NCBI GenBank assembly: GCA_015680685.1 | Contig: MNCI01001345.1 | Span: 36,035-100,034 of the forward strand | DNA from: Gnetum montanum | Taxonomy: Eukaryota; Plantae; Gnetophyta | Reading direction: 5' to 3' | DNA length: 64,000 bases | Shown: positions 12,892-25,717 of the stretch, one piece after another | Layout of the letters: each line of letters opens with the position of its first letter | Position numbering within the stretch: the first letter of the stretch is position 1 | The notes under the pieces: generated by a model | What the model was told of the DNA's origin: nothing | What the model saw: only the letters and a program-made list of their open reading frames with translations | Database searches by the model: none | Made by a program: the position numbers and the translations under genes

Positions 12892-14764
12892 TACCCCCAT
12901 GACTAAATAAAAACTCGTCCTCGAGTTCCTTACAAAATATTGGGAAGGTATGGGATTATTGACTTAAATGGAACTAATGGTGAATGTGATGACATGTGAA
13001 CAGATCATCATTACAAAACATGACAAAACTAGTGTTCATGATAACAAGAGTGAACACTTTATACATTTGACATCAAGCCTTATTTGGTAGCTGATAGAGA
13101 AGAGAGAAGAAGTCTACTGCTGTCAATGCCAAGAATGCACCCTTCCTCGTCCATCCGTAAGTGTTCCATCAATCTTGTTCTTTGCATAATTTCTTTAGCA
13201 TCGATTCATTCCAAGTGTTCCATATAGGTCCAATTTGTTGTTGTATTATTACCATCTGCACACACAACACAATCTTATATTAGCAAGGGTAAACGAATCA
13301 CAATGCAGTTGATACCTTTCTTTGGTGAAAGGTCCATTCGTTGAGTTGTGGTATGGCTAATGCGGACTCTAGAGATATACTAATAATGACTACCCAAGGT
13401 GTAGGGGTTAGGAAAAAATCAAAAAAATTGGACCAGGATCCCCATGACTAATCGTGAACCTCCACTAGCGAGAGAATGGAAAAAGAGAAGGAATAAGAAG
13501 GATGAAGAAAAAAAACAACTGTAACATCGATAAAATGGATGTCAAGATGGAAATTAACAAAATAGAGTTGATTGTAAAATGTTAAGGGAAAGAATTTTAA
13601 CTGATGCAGCAAATAGGAATGCCAATGGGTCCTCCCCAAAGTAAGCTCATGCCTTTAATGCCCTAACAAACACACATTTGAAGAGTCTGTAGGCTCTGGG
13701 AATGTCATTTGGAATAAGAGTTAAAGTCTTAACCACAAGAATTTACCATAAAGAAAACAATGCATCAACCAAAATATACACTAATGATACAACTGGCAAT
13801 GAGGTGATCAATGGAGAAAGAATGATGGAAAGAAAAGAATGGAATGGAGTTTCAAGAACAAGGTGGTGTATAGCCCCTTGTGTATTTAATGATTAATTGT
13901 GACTTAGTAGATCCCATTCCAAGTCTGGCCTCAAACAAACCACATCTAGTGACTTTGCATCAATGCATTCAGCCAATCCATCCACTTGAAGTAATAAAAA
14001 TGCCTTCACCAAAGAGCCACCACCATTCCGACGAAACGAAGGAGGAGAGAATAGGAAGCGAGAAGGGCCTTAGTTAGAGGGAACATGTTTATTTTAGTTC
14101 CATAACCAGTGCTTGTAGCCCAAATGATTATTTCATCTAAGGGGTGTGCTTTGAATTCTCACTATTTTTTTTTTGCATGAAAACCACAGCATGCAAAGAC
14201 TTATTATTTTTATTTACTCAGCTTCCCAATAATTGGGTAAGGTCGAAACGGTAAGAAAACTCAAGAAGAAAACATCCAAGCACCCAACAGAATGGGCAAC
14301 ACAAATGCATCAAATTCCCTTGAAGCCACACCCTTTTCAATCCTTGAGTTCTTCCTTGGTTTGAGAAATACTCAGTCACCGATTCGTTGATAGTTCTTAT
14401 TATTGAGAAAGGTGAATGTACAGTTCCAAGCCAAGAGAAACCATAGAAATTTATGGATGCATGGGTGATGTGAACTCATTGCCTATTATATCAAAAGAAC
14501 CATACCTTAGTATCAACATCGTGACTTAAAGGTAAAAACCAAACATTAGTAATCAATAGAAAATAGTTCATACCATCATTAAGGGCACTTATTGGGTGAC
14601 AAACCTAATAAAATGGATAAAACACACACATACACACACAAATAAAAGAAAAAGTATAAATCATGTTGTAAAAAAAAAACAAGAAAAGTTAAAGAAATTG
14701 TAAAAAAAAATGTGCAAAAAAAAATGTGTAAAACAAAAACGTAAAACAACTGAGGGCCTCAATT

Positions 14765-17700
14765 GATTAGCACAAATAGCCATCTCCCCCATTATTGAAT
14801 TGAAAGGGAGAGATCCAAAATAATGAGTGCTTATTTGAATTTTTTAGAATTTTCCAACTTCTCCCAATTCATGTTTTTAGATTAAAGGTTGGAAGTTGGT
14901 GATGCTCATACTCCAATGTATCTATGCTTTCTTTGTGGTTGCAAGTCATTCCCCCAGTTAGTTCCATGCTCTCTTGATTAGCTGTCAACAACTGGGTGTT
15001 CTCTTGTTGTATGGTTGCTACATACAAGCACCTTTGTATGTGAGTTTCCTGGGCACAACGGTTGCATGCAGGAGATGCTGGGCATTTCTCCATGTCATCA
15101 CCATCTGTATCACTGTATGTGATGCATGGAACTTTCTTCTTCTTGATCTTTTCATAAATTTTTTCCTTAGATATTTCCAAGGAAAGATCGCGGATTCATA
15201 GGCATGCATTGATGGTGCTAAGCCATGCCCTCCCCATTATAATTGGGAATTCCCCTTTGTTGTTGTTGACTTCTATCACTAGGAAATGAGCTAGCTATGA
15301 CCAACCAGATCTAGTTGAATATTGCTCTTCTTGAGTGGAGGCAAGTTCCAGGCTTTATACATCTCCTATGATATTAAGTTAACTCTAAAACTTGAGTCAA
15401 CAAGAGCTTTATGTGGTTCATTCCTAGCGACTTGGAGGTAGATTAAGGGACTTCCAGGGTTAGAGAGTTTCCTAGGAAGGTGGCCCACCTTTATCCAATC
15501 AATAATGGTATGTGTTAACATAACCATGTTTTTTGGGCTCTGTTGTTGGTTTGAAGGGAGCTTCGAAGCCTCATTTATTGGAGGATCATGCACAGACTCA
15601 ATCGCTTGTGGTTGTGAGAGTTTATTTAGGCTTTTGGTTCTGAAGAAAGGTCTTCTCTTCATGCGGTTGTCAAAACCAGTAGCAGGTTAAAGGTTTATAG
15701 CTCTCATAGAATTATGTTGTTGCAGTTGAGTGGGAAGTTCCCCTTGCATCGTTGGAGCGGGTGGTAGTGGAACTATTGGCATAAAATATGTGGATGGATT
15801 CAGAGGATGGTATGCATGTGGTATGTCTCCTGGAGGAGAAGGAGTCCTAAGATACTCCCAAACTTGGTAGTGACATTGTGGGGTTACATGACCCATAGAT
15901 TCACTTGGAGAAACTGGCTGCTGCACATAATAGCCATACGGTTTTGGTTACCGGTAAGGGTATTGTTGTCTAGGTGGTGGCATCCCCCATGACTGTGGGT
16001 GTTACCACTACTAATGTTGCCTGATAGGTTATGGTGGAGTTCCACTTGGATAATATGTTAATGGTTGGTGAAACTACCTCAGGTTACCTTGGGGATAAGG
16101 TAACCTTCAGGGTGCTTGCCTTTTGTTAAGTCTTGGATTACGCACATACACCCCAGACTCCTGTAGATGTGAGATTATTGGGCAACATCCCTTAGGGTGG
16201 TCATATTAGTAGATCTCACATCCACCATCATTTTTTGTATCAAATTCCACAACCTCATCAGCGATAGTCATTTTTCCCTTACCCTTGCTACATGCATGGT
16301 CTGAATCTCTCCTCTTTTTCTTATCATGGTCACTACTTCGCTCCTTAGACTCCTCTACGATTTTTAAAATGGTTTTGAATCTACTATCTAAGGAGTCCCA
16401 CATTTGATCTACCTTAGCTGACACTTCATTCATTAACTTTTGAAGTGAAAGGTTTTTCTATTCACCAACTCTTCGAGTGGTGACTCATCTTCTTCCTCAC
16501 AGAATCTTACTTCCTTCTTTCGAAGGGAAGGATCGCGGTTATACTCTTCCGCGCTTTCTCTTTTTCATAGCTCCCCTTCTTCCTTAGCTACTTGCTCCAA
16601 CAATATATGAACTTCATGGGACCTAAGTTCATATAATCTCCCTTGGGCATATGTCCCAAGGGTTCTCCTAGTCTCGTGTCTTAGCCCATCTACGAGGTGG
16701 CATAGTTGATCCTATTGTACATAACCATGGCTCGGGAAACAATGTGGCAATGCATAATATCAGCCCATGGTAGCATCCAAGGGTTCGTGATTACCCTACT
16801 TCCATCCTTGGATCTACTTACGCAAGTTGGACACTCTGAAGTATGTTTGGTATTTATCGTTAAACAGTTCTAACATCGTACTCCACCGTCTAATAAATTC
16901 CGATTCTAAGGACTGGTACCAACTCTCCGGTTCTTTTATGAGTATCCTTGGGAACAACTTTAAATTTTTCCACTTTTTTTCAATATTCTACAAGGCATAG
17001 GCATCGTGGAATGCCTATAAGTGATTTTGCAGATTAGCATTGTATCCCCCCTCAAACCGTGGGATATTGTTCATGTCTAGTCTCTTGATCCAGCTAATTT
17101 TCTAGTGCCTTGTAGGTATTCTAACTACCTTCATAATTTCTAACATACTCTGAGTTGCTAGTAGGGGTTCATCATGATCATCTCTCTCATGACGTCTGTG
17201 ATGCCTACGTGGTTCCCTAGTTTTCCTTCTTTCATGCCTTGTTTCCCTAGAATGCCCTCATCCTCGCTCTCGACTCTCTCATCGAGGTCTCTCATTTTGC
17301 TTATCCTTACCCTTATCCTCATGGTCGTGCTCACGTCTTGATGTGGAAGGAGAGGGTGAATGGTGTGATGAAAGGGAAGAAGAAGGATAACCATTTCCAT
17401 GATGATGTTTCTTACCTTCTCTTTGATGGCTACAGCCCCGATCGTGATGATGATCAAACTTCCCACCCTTGTCATGTGTTTGTGTTCCCTCATTGAATAT
17501 TTGATGTTCATGGGAATCAGAACCATGGTTGTGAATCATGGAGTGAATGTTCTAATACCCTACCTCCTCACTATTGTTAGGAGGGGGAACATCATCTTGT
17601 GGAGAACCTATTGAAATAGGTTCATCACCCTTGATTTTTCTTATGATGGGTGAACCATTATGGGGCCCCTTACCCTTCAGTGATGTATGGTAGCTCTTCT

Positions 17701-18052
17701 ACCTCAAGTCCCTTAAACATTGCACAACTATGAGATGGTAATCCCTTGTGTCATAATCTTCTGCAATGTATTTAGTGTATAGTTGTGTCATGTCTATCTG
17801 TGCAAGAGCACGAAGGAGCATGCTTGGGACTGCATGATCTCGAGGTAATACTATGTTACCTTGCAAGTCTGATCAACATAGTTGTTCATCCTGATGGAGG
17901 ATAAAGGTAAAATCAAGTACATACTCATCATGGTGAGTATATACTACCCAATACTGTTGAGGAACTAGCGGTTCTTAGTTACGTGTGTTAGACCACCGAC
18001 TGTCTCTTGTGTGATCCCTACGTGGTGAAGTGCTTTTATGAGAAGAAGACAT
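14765..18052 (-). pseudogene. gag: Decayed gag-protease of element C
   Basis: Starts MSSSHKSTSPRRDH. Contains a His/Asp-rich low-complexity N-region, LDMNNIPRFEGGYN, knuckle GCEIY*YDHPKGCCP and protease ALVDSSFRVNLIS...IIMGRAWL. Confidence 0.85.
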
Positions 18053-18179
18053 CTTAGTTTAGTTTGGTGTGCTATTGACCGTTGTTTAAATTTTCTTCTA
18101 ATTAAACCTAAGGGTTTGTTTAAGCTTCCCAAGAATGTGGATGATTTCCTATGTTCTACTTACTGCATAAACAACTTAG

Positions 18180-18197
18180 TCCCTGGTAACAACACCA
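18180..18197 (-). promoter_or_regulatory. Primer binding site (tRNA-Asp), decayed
   Basis: Reverse complement TGGTGTTGTTACCAGGGA next to the LTR-C end. Confidence 0.85.
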
Positions 18198-18198
18198 A

Positions 18199-19001
18199 AG
18201 ATGAGTGGCAAGGTACCCCTACACTCAACCATACGAATACGAGCGTTACATGCATGATCCGGTCAAACTTTGCAGACTAAGTGCCTACAGGCCTTATGGA
18301 ACACCTAAGGTTAATCATTCGTTGTCTTCCCAGACTTACTTATATTTTTCACGGTTGTATGGTTAAGTAAGTCTAAGGTATGTGATTTTTATGTCTTTTA
18401 TCTTTTATCGTCTATGCTAATGAGGGAAAGGGTGAAGAGACTAAGTAACTAACTTTAACTAACTAAGTTCTAATGCCTAGCATTAGTATCCATCCCACNT
18501 GTTGCTAGGATTACCAAGCGTAATGCACATGCTCGAAGCNGAAACCTTCTAGGATTACCAAACGCTATTTGTTGCTAGGATTACCAAGTGTAATGCACAT
18601 GCTTGAAGTGGTCATACTGAATGCACTTAACTAGGAGTGTTGAGGGTTGAGAAATTTTAATTAACTAATAAAAAATTTAACCATTTAACATTATTAAAGT
18701 CCTATTTAGCTTAGTCCATGCACTGCAAGGTTTATCCAAAACTTTATCTTTATTTCTATACACAAACGTGTGCTTAGGTACAATATTTGCTCGAATAAAG
18801 ATCCGTTCACTTTGGAACTCCTACTGCAGACACATGAAAATTATTCTATCTCTAGAGAGGTAAAACTACCAAAGTTTCACTAAGGATATAGATCTAGATG
18901 GAGAAACAAGGGAGATCCACCTCTTATTTATAGAACTAGAGGCAGACCACGATATCGTAGGGAAGGACGCGATGTTGCATATGTGATATCGTGTCCCATC
19001 A
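18199..19001 (-). repeat. LTR-C (5' LTR)
   Basis: Direct repeat of 12142-12891, ending ...cccatca. Contains two N bases (18499, 18540). Confidence 0.9.
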
Positions 19002-19480
19002 CTATCTTAGTGATGTTAATAGCAACATGGCCTAGAAACAAACTTGAGTAGAAGGTAGTAGTCATGTACGCAATGCATGAGAAAGAGTTTACTTATAAAA
19101 AAGATGCATTGTAGACATTACATGTCACAAACTCTAAACTTAAAATTTTCAAGGCTAGCTACCAAGGCTAGAAATATGTTGTAATGAAGCTAGCATGTCA
19201 TATGTTAGACTATCAAGAACTAAGAAAGCTAGCCAAGGATTTTTAGGAGGAAAAGAGGTAGTTTACAACTTGGTATGTGAAGTCCAATTAAATGTTTTCA
19301 CAATTGTCATTCCCATGGAATGTAGTAGCCCCATTCAACATTTCTCAAAAATCATGAATAATACATGATCCAACAATAGAAGAATAAAAACTTTAAGCAC
19401 TCCTAAACTGTTATCGATTCTAGAAGCTTGATGATAAAAAGAAGAAGCTAATGAAAGAGCCTTAAACACTTGGAACATAA
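19002..19480 (+). pseudogene. C-terminal part of the A-type extra (env-position) ORF
   Basis: Aligns with 46381-46859 and ~27995-28474. Confidence 0.85.
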
Positions 19481-19688
19481 ATTACATCAAGCCACTTTAG
19501 CTTTATTTTGTGTTATCATTTTTTTGTTATGTCACTATGTCATTTTGTAAAAAAAAACACCATTGTGACATTCTCAATCATGCAAATAGTTACTCATGTT
19601 AAGTCAAGTCTACCTGCTAATTTTGAAAGGGACACTATCCTCATTTTGTTTTAACTCAAGAATGAGCTTCCAGTCATTCATGGGAATA

Positions 19689-20562
19689 TTATAAAATCAA
19701 TTTTTGTTGTAATGTGATATCGTATCTATGATATCATAGCCACAATGTCATAGCCCATCCTACATCATCATTCATGCAATATCTTGGGATCTAGGCAACC
19801 CTATAAATACTAGCACTTGAGTGCACAAATGTGAAATTTTTCATTCTAGACTTAGCAAAACTCTTGCAATTTGTTTTCATAGTTTTAGAAATAGAGTAAA
19901 GGCCTACAATGTGATGTTAAGTAGTTGTATGAAATCTCTATTCGAGTGACATGTACTTGGGCATAGTTCATGTTTAAAAATAAAGATCGAGATTGCTTTT
20001 CATCATTGTAGCATCCACTTAGTTTTACTATTTTACTTAGCTTAATTTCCATGTTTAATTTGTTAACTCTTTACATTTTCAAAGTTACTTTACTTGTTTA
20101 TTAGTAAAGTGGAATGAATACGACTAGTTTCAAGCACATAAGTGCAATCATATGGTAATTCCAATGGTGTTATTACTTGGTTCTCCTAGTAGCATAACAC
20201 TTAGTAACCCAATAATGGTTACATGAACCCAAGGTATGTATGGTAGACAATGACTAGATGCTCATCACTATAGGCTATAGTATATTTACATTACCATCAT
20301 TACGATTTAGATTATTATTTTCAATTTTTATTATGTTTATAACTAGGAGTAATCAAAGCCTAAGAACATCAACTAATGGTATGTCTCACTAAGAGTTACA
20401 CCATACACTTAAACTTCACTAACTCAAAGTGTAAAGAAAACGATCTCAAACTTAACATCAATTACTAGCATAATTACATTGTCCATCCATATATAATGAT
20501 CTGGTCATGCATGAGCACCTGTGACTTGCATGGTAGAGTGTTGGATGCTCCACTACTCTCCA
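19689..20562 (+). repeat. LTR-A (~874 bp)
   Basis: Aligns with 7806-8682. Decayed PPT upstream, PBS downstream, TATA at 19801. Confidence 0.9.
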
Positions 20563-20563
20563 T

Positions 20564-20581
20564 TAGCACCATTGTTACGGA
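20564..20581 (+). promoter_or_regulatory. Primer binding site (tRNA-Asp), decayed
   Basis: TAGCACCATTGTTACGGA after the LTR end. Confidence 0.75.
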
Positions 20582-20704
20582 TGTGTTAATGTGTGCTAAG
20601 TAATTGATCTTATAAAGTTTTTCGTATTAAGAACTAAAAATTATATTCTTATATCTTAAATAAATTGTAATAGCACACACATTACTAAGCATCAATCATA
20701 TAAA

Positions 20705-21560
20705 ATGGCTTCAACACTTAAAGAAAAATTATCACATACCAAAGAGCTACAAAAGGGCAATGATAGAACACAAGATGATAAACACTAGAGTATGCTTATG
20801 TAAACATGAATCTCATATGCAAACACCCATCCTTATTCTTGTAATTTTACATTCATATTTTATAAAGATAGGTAGCTATTGTGAAGAGACTTACAAGGTA
20901 ACATCATTTCACCACTAAAGTGTTCAACACCATGCATGCTTCAAATAGCCTTTAAGGGGAATATATCTGAGCCATGCGCAAGAGGGGTATCATGTGACCA
21001 AAAACATGACTAGATCCTATTAACCCACAAAGGCACAAGTACAAATAGACACTGCTCTAAAAATGAAGCATAAGAATAACAAGGAAAAGCAAGTCAATCC
21101 TACTATTGTCCTAGAGGAACTTGATGGTGATGCATTTTTAGCAAAAAAACTCTACCATAATCATGAAGCCCATTCACAAACATAAATTATCCATCTAGAA
21201 GAACCTATCAAAATATAGTTATATTCAACCCTTGAAAATATACCAATAAGAGTGGCAAAGGACTCTAAACACAAGTAGGACCCAAGGCCTAGAGTTTCTA
21301 TAGGATCAAAAAGAGATGAATTCCAAAGTCATAGAAGAACTAGTTGACATCATTCTCTAATTTCTTCACCTTCCTCCTCATGATCATTGGTGGACTCTAA
21401 CAGAAGGGAACAAAGGTTTAAAAATCATGACAAGGAGAGAGATCAAGCTCATGATAGACATGAAAATCATCAAAGGCATATTGATGAAGAAGATGATGAG
21501 TATGAATCATGAAGAGATAAGAACAAATGTGGACAAAGCAATATGAGAACAACATTCACA
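20705..21560 (+). pseudogene. gag: 5' part of gag, truncated by a large internal deletion
   Basis: MASTLKEKLS start, colinear with 36869-37720, then jumps to the RT/RH connection. Confidence 0.8.
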
Positions 21561-23498
21561 AGCCACAAAATATCAAAGATGTCTAATCATTTTTGGACCA
21601 CATAGGATATTACAAAATATTGAATAAAATTTTTCAAAAATAGTAAAGCCATTGGTAGAATTAACCAAGAAGAATGCATCATTTCAATAGACAAAATCAT
21701 GTGATAAGGTGTTTGAAACTTTAAAATAGAAGTTAATTGAAACACCAGTCCTTTGAGCTCTAGATTGATCTAATCCTTTCCACATCATTATAGATGCTTC
21801 AAATTATGCACTAGGTGTGGTACCCACATAGCTAGATGACCAAAAACTGCCATATTACATACATTTTGCTAATAGAAGCATTGTCGTAGCACAACTCAAT
21901 TACACCATCATAGAAAAGGAGCTTATGGAAATGGTGTATGTACTAGAAAAGTTTAGACACTATTTTTTTGAATATCTCATATACGTCCCTACATATCATA
22001 GTACAATTACATTCTTAATGAATAAACCAACAAAAATCCTTGGGTGATTATATGGCTTATCATACTACAAGAATTAGACATCACCATGATATTGAAAATG
22101 TATTAGTAAATCACTTGTCAAGGCTCAAATGGGAACCACAAGACCAAGAAGAACCATTGTCAAATCAGTTTCCCAATGAGAACTTATTTAAGAAAATAAC
22201 AATGATTGTTAACACAATAGCAAAGTTGTGGACCACTAATTATATGGTTTACTTGACAAGATAAGAACTTCCTATTGAGTGAAGTAGAAAGTGAAAAGAA
22301 CAATTTCTCTGTAAGGTAAAAAGATACATGGAAAGAAATGGGAACCTTTACAAAATTTATGTTGATGGATTAGTACGATGGTATGTACCAGAAAATAACC
22401 AACAGAGAGTCCTACAAGATTCACACGAAGGACCATATGGTGGCCATTATGCTAAGTAAAAGGACAACATTCAAGTTAATGATGGTAGGCTAATTTTGGA
22501 CTACTATATTCTAGGATGCTTATAATTTCACCTAATCTTGTGAAAGGTGTCAATGTGATGGAGGAATATCACTTGGAAATGAAGGACCACATAAATGGAT
22601 TTAGCCATTAGAATCATTTAATATATGGGGAATTGACTTCATGGGGCTGATTTTATCGATGCCAAATGGGAAAGCTTATATTATAGTAACCATTGATTAC
22701 TGTACAGAATGTACAAAAGTAGTTGTAGTTAGAGATTACACAACAAAGATAGCTATTAGATTTTTTTAACATGTGATAAACAGATTTGGAGTACCATGGA
22801 TGCTTATCTTAGACAATGGAACTAATTTTATGAGTGCTACATTTAAAAATATCATGCAACAACTTGGGGTAAATCATAAACCAATCACATCATATCATCC
22901 CCAAGCCAATGGTTAGGTTGAAGTAACTAACCATGAAATTACAAGAGTATTAACTAGAATGATTAGTAGATTTAGGGAAGTTTGGGAAACGAAACTAAAT
23001 GATGCTTTATGAGCCTATAGAATGAAATGGGAAGTACCCATAGGCTATTTTCCCTATGAGTTAGTTTATGACAAACTACACATAGTCCTAATTCAGGCAG
23101 AGCTTCACAATTTAGCTACCACAAGTAAACTAGACCTAGACTTGAGCTTAGCCCAAAAGGAATGACTTATGAATCTCAACCTTCTAGAGGAGAATAAGCT
23201 GGTAGCCCTTATGAGTAATGAAGTCCACAAGAATTACTCTAAGAATAGTCATGACAAATGAATACATCAAGTAATGATTCAGCTAGGTGATAAGGTCCTA
23301 TATTATAATCCCAATCATGTGCCTTAAAATACTAAGTTCCAAACTCTGTGGAAGGAACCATACATTGTCCAAGTTACTTACTCCTCTGGCACCATGCAAA
23401 TTTACCACCCATCTAGTCCACATAAACTCATTTTAGTAAACATTCAATAGGTCAAACCCTACTATGAATGTCCCAATTATGTCAAAGATTCTACCTAA
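21561..23498 (+). pseudogene. pol: Decayed pol: RT connection, RNase H and integrase
   Basis: PFHIIIDASNYALGVV, AQLNYTIIEKEL, HEGPYGGHYA...CERCQ (HHCC), WGIDFMG, LILDNGTNF, HPQANG*VEVTNHE and LWKEPY (GPY/F-like). Confidence 0.92.
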
Positions 23499-24346
23499 TT
23501 CATTAACCTAGACTTAGTCTATTCAATCTTTTGATTGACTATTCCTTATAAGAGTCATGGTAATGCCCCAAGTGACATGTAGGCACCAGATTGAACCTTT
23601 TTCTTTTCTTATTAACTTTTCATATTCTTCAATATTTTTCCATTCTTTTATACTTTTTAAATTTTTAATCATTTTCTCATTCCTTGACATTTTTACATTT
23701 TTTTATAATCTTCCACTCTTACCATCTTTTCAATTCTTACAATCATCTTCAGTTTTTTTCTATAGTTTGCCATTCTTTTCTCTTGTACATCTTTTTTATC
23801 ACTTTTTAATAAAATGCATGGAATAAGTAAGATGTACTCCCAATAAGGTGAATATTATCCTATATTGTCAAATCATAAAGGACTAATTACTTATACATTG
23901 AGAACAATACATCCATTCATCCATTCCTACAATAAGAGGTTCTTACCATGATCATAATGATATTCTTCTTACAATAAACCTAAGAATAAACATGTGATCA
24001 TTATGCCTAGAAAAAAGAGTGAAGAATCAAGTGAGAATGCAAAGGGCATGAAATTAAGGGATTTTGTGGGTTCTCTAGATCTACTACTATGATTTTTATC
24101 CTATTGCTAAGGACATATTATTCTCTTGAGCTATAATGAAAAAATGAAAGTAAGAGTATAATAAGTGTTTTCTTACCATGTCACTAGAAAGACATGTTAC
24201 CTATTCTTAAAGGTAGTCTTCCAGTAAGGTTGACATAGTAAGAATAAAATACAAGCAGAGAATAGAATTTATGGGGTTTCCATTGGAAAGACATGTTACC
24301 CATGCCTAAAGATATGCAACTTATCAAAAATCTCAAAAATAAAACT

Positions 24347-24794
24347 ATGCTACTAATAAACTCCTTCTTTGAACAACATGCCAAAGAATAGTTCTTGCAA
24401 TAATGGTAGTCTTATGGTTGTTAGTCCTGGGGATGACACAATGCGATGTCATTAGAAAGTGGTATGGACTTGGTCTGAATCTCAAATAGAAAGGTTAGTG
24501 ATTACTTTAACCACACATTACACACAAGGATTTGTTATGCCTATGGTAAGACACCTCACATCCTGGTTTCAGCAATTCCTTCTACATTCCATTTCACTTC
24601 ATTGTATGTTTAATTACAACTTTATGATTTTGGTTAATATAGTGCTATTTTCCCAATATGGTGATACAAACATATGTATTTTAAAAGATAAGTATGCCTT
24701 ACATTCAACTTGGATGCTTACGGACACTTCTAAGTGTGGTTATATAAGGGCACTAACGGCTAGACCCTACTTTGGGGAAGATCCACTTATATAA
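24347..24794 (+). pseudogene. Putative cryptic small hydrophobic ORF (ORF-X) in the pol-to-extra-ORF spacer
   Basis: One internal stop between 24378 and 24794. Homologues at ~43403-43860 (+), ~13558-14045 (-) and ~1317-1770 (-) show synonymous variation in YFGEDPL. Confidence 0.45.
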
Positions 24795-25717
24795 CTATTA
24801 TGTCTCATACATGAAAATCAAACTCACATCATCTTTAGATTTCCAAACTACTTTGAAATTCAATGTTCACTTCCCTCATGTTCAATAATCTATCCATACT
24901 TTCCTAACTCTCAATCCATCTCATTTACAATTAATAAAATTTTGTTGCTTGAGATTCCATCCTTCTAAACCTTGAACATAATTTTTGAAAATAGAAGCAT
25001 CATTAATGATCCAAGATCCTTTAGAGGACCTCCACATCTTTCAAACATTCCAATTGACTCATTTTCTCCATGACAATCCACCAAAAATTCTAGTTTTTTT
25101 ATTTTTTATTTTTGCAATGGCATCATAGCTACAATGTTGCATGGCTTGCGATGTTGCATCTAGGATGTCACACATATAAAAATATCATATATATGTGTAT
25201 GAGTTAGTGAAATTTTCATTCCATCATTTTGCAACAAGAGAAGTTTTTGAAGTTTTTTTCTTTGAGCTTTGGCACTCTAACTTCCTAAAACCATAACTTC
25301 CTCATCGTAGCTCTAATTTGCAAAATCATCAAATCCTATTGATCCCAAAGCACTCAACTTAGTCATGGAGGAGAGGATTGCATGGAAAGAAGGAAAATTG
25401 GGCCAAATTTTTCCTAACATCTTGAAGATAGTATAAGGGTAAGTATAACAGAATAATAAGAATATCATGGTTAATTAACCAAATTTAAGCTAAAAAACAT
25501 AACTAATTGTCCCAATTAGCCATATCAACCAGCCAAGGACAAATGAAAACTATAGAAAGTCATAATAATTATAAGTATAAAACTTAGGGGGCTTCTCTTC
25601 AAAAGTTTTCTAACTTTGGAATCATGCTTAGACAATATTTTAATCTAACCAAGAGTACAAGAAAGGAATATGAACCAATTTAAACATTTTGGTAATCTTA
25701 AATGCTTAATGCTTATA

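Larger units (their letters stand above)
12142..19001 (-). mobile_element. Younger non-autonomous Athila-type element, family C (gag + protease, no RT/RH/INT), nested in an A element
   Basis: Two LTRs (12142-12891, 18199-19001), with 11 differences in a 99-nt sample. PBS 18180-18197, PPT 12892-12903. Retains many CpG. Right flank resumes in the host extra ORF; the left end has lost ~15 bp and the TSD. Confidence 0.9.

Noticed and set aside
18499-18540. 40-bp duplication inside LTR-C
   Set aside because: It sits exactly between two N bases, duplicates 18570-18609 and is absent from the sister LTR, so it is most likely a gap-filling artefact.
23557-23826. Phe/Leu-rich ORF as a membrane or envelope protein (also 50707-50907, 55706-55888, 57688-58035)
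   Set aside because: These are translations of T-rich low-complexity tracts and the frame is not kept in the sister copy at ~42640-42890.
24830-25072. Antisense ORF starting MEKMSQL (also the tail of the 43987-44196 ORF and ~7013, ~35564)
   Set aside because: The N-terminal ~20 residues look alike in four copies, but stops recur at the same positions and indels break the frame. Kept only as an alternative reading in the ORF-X finding.
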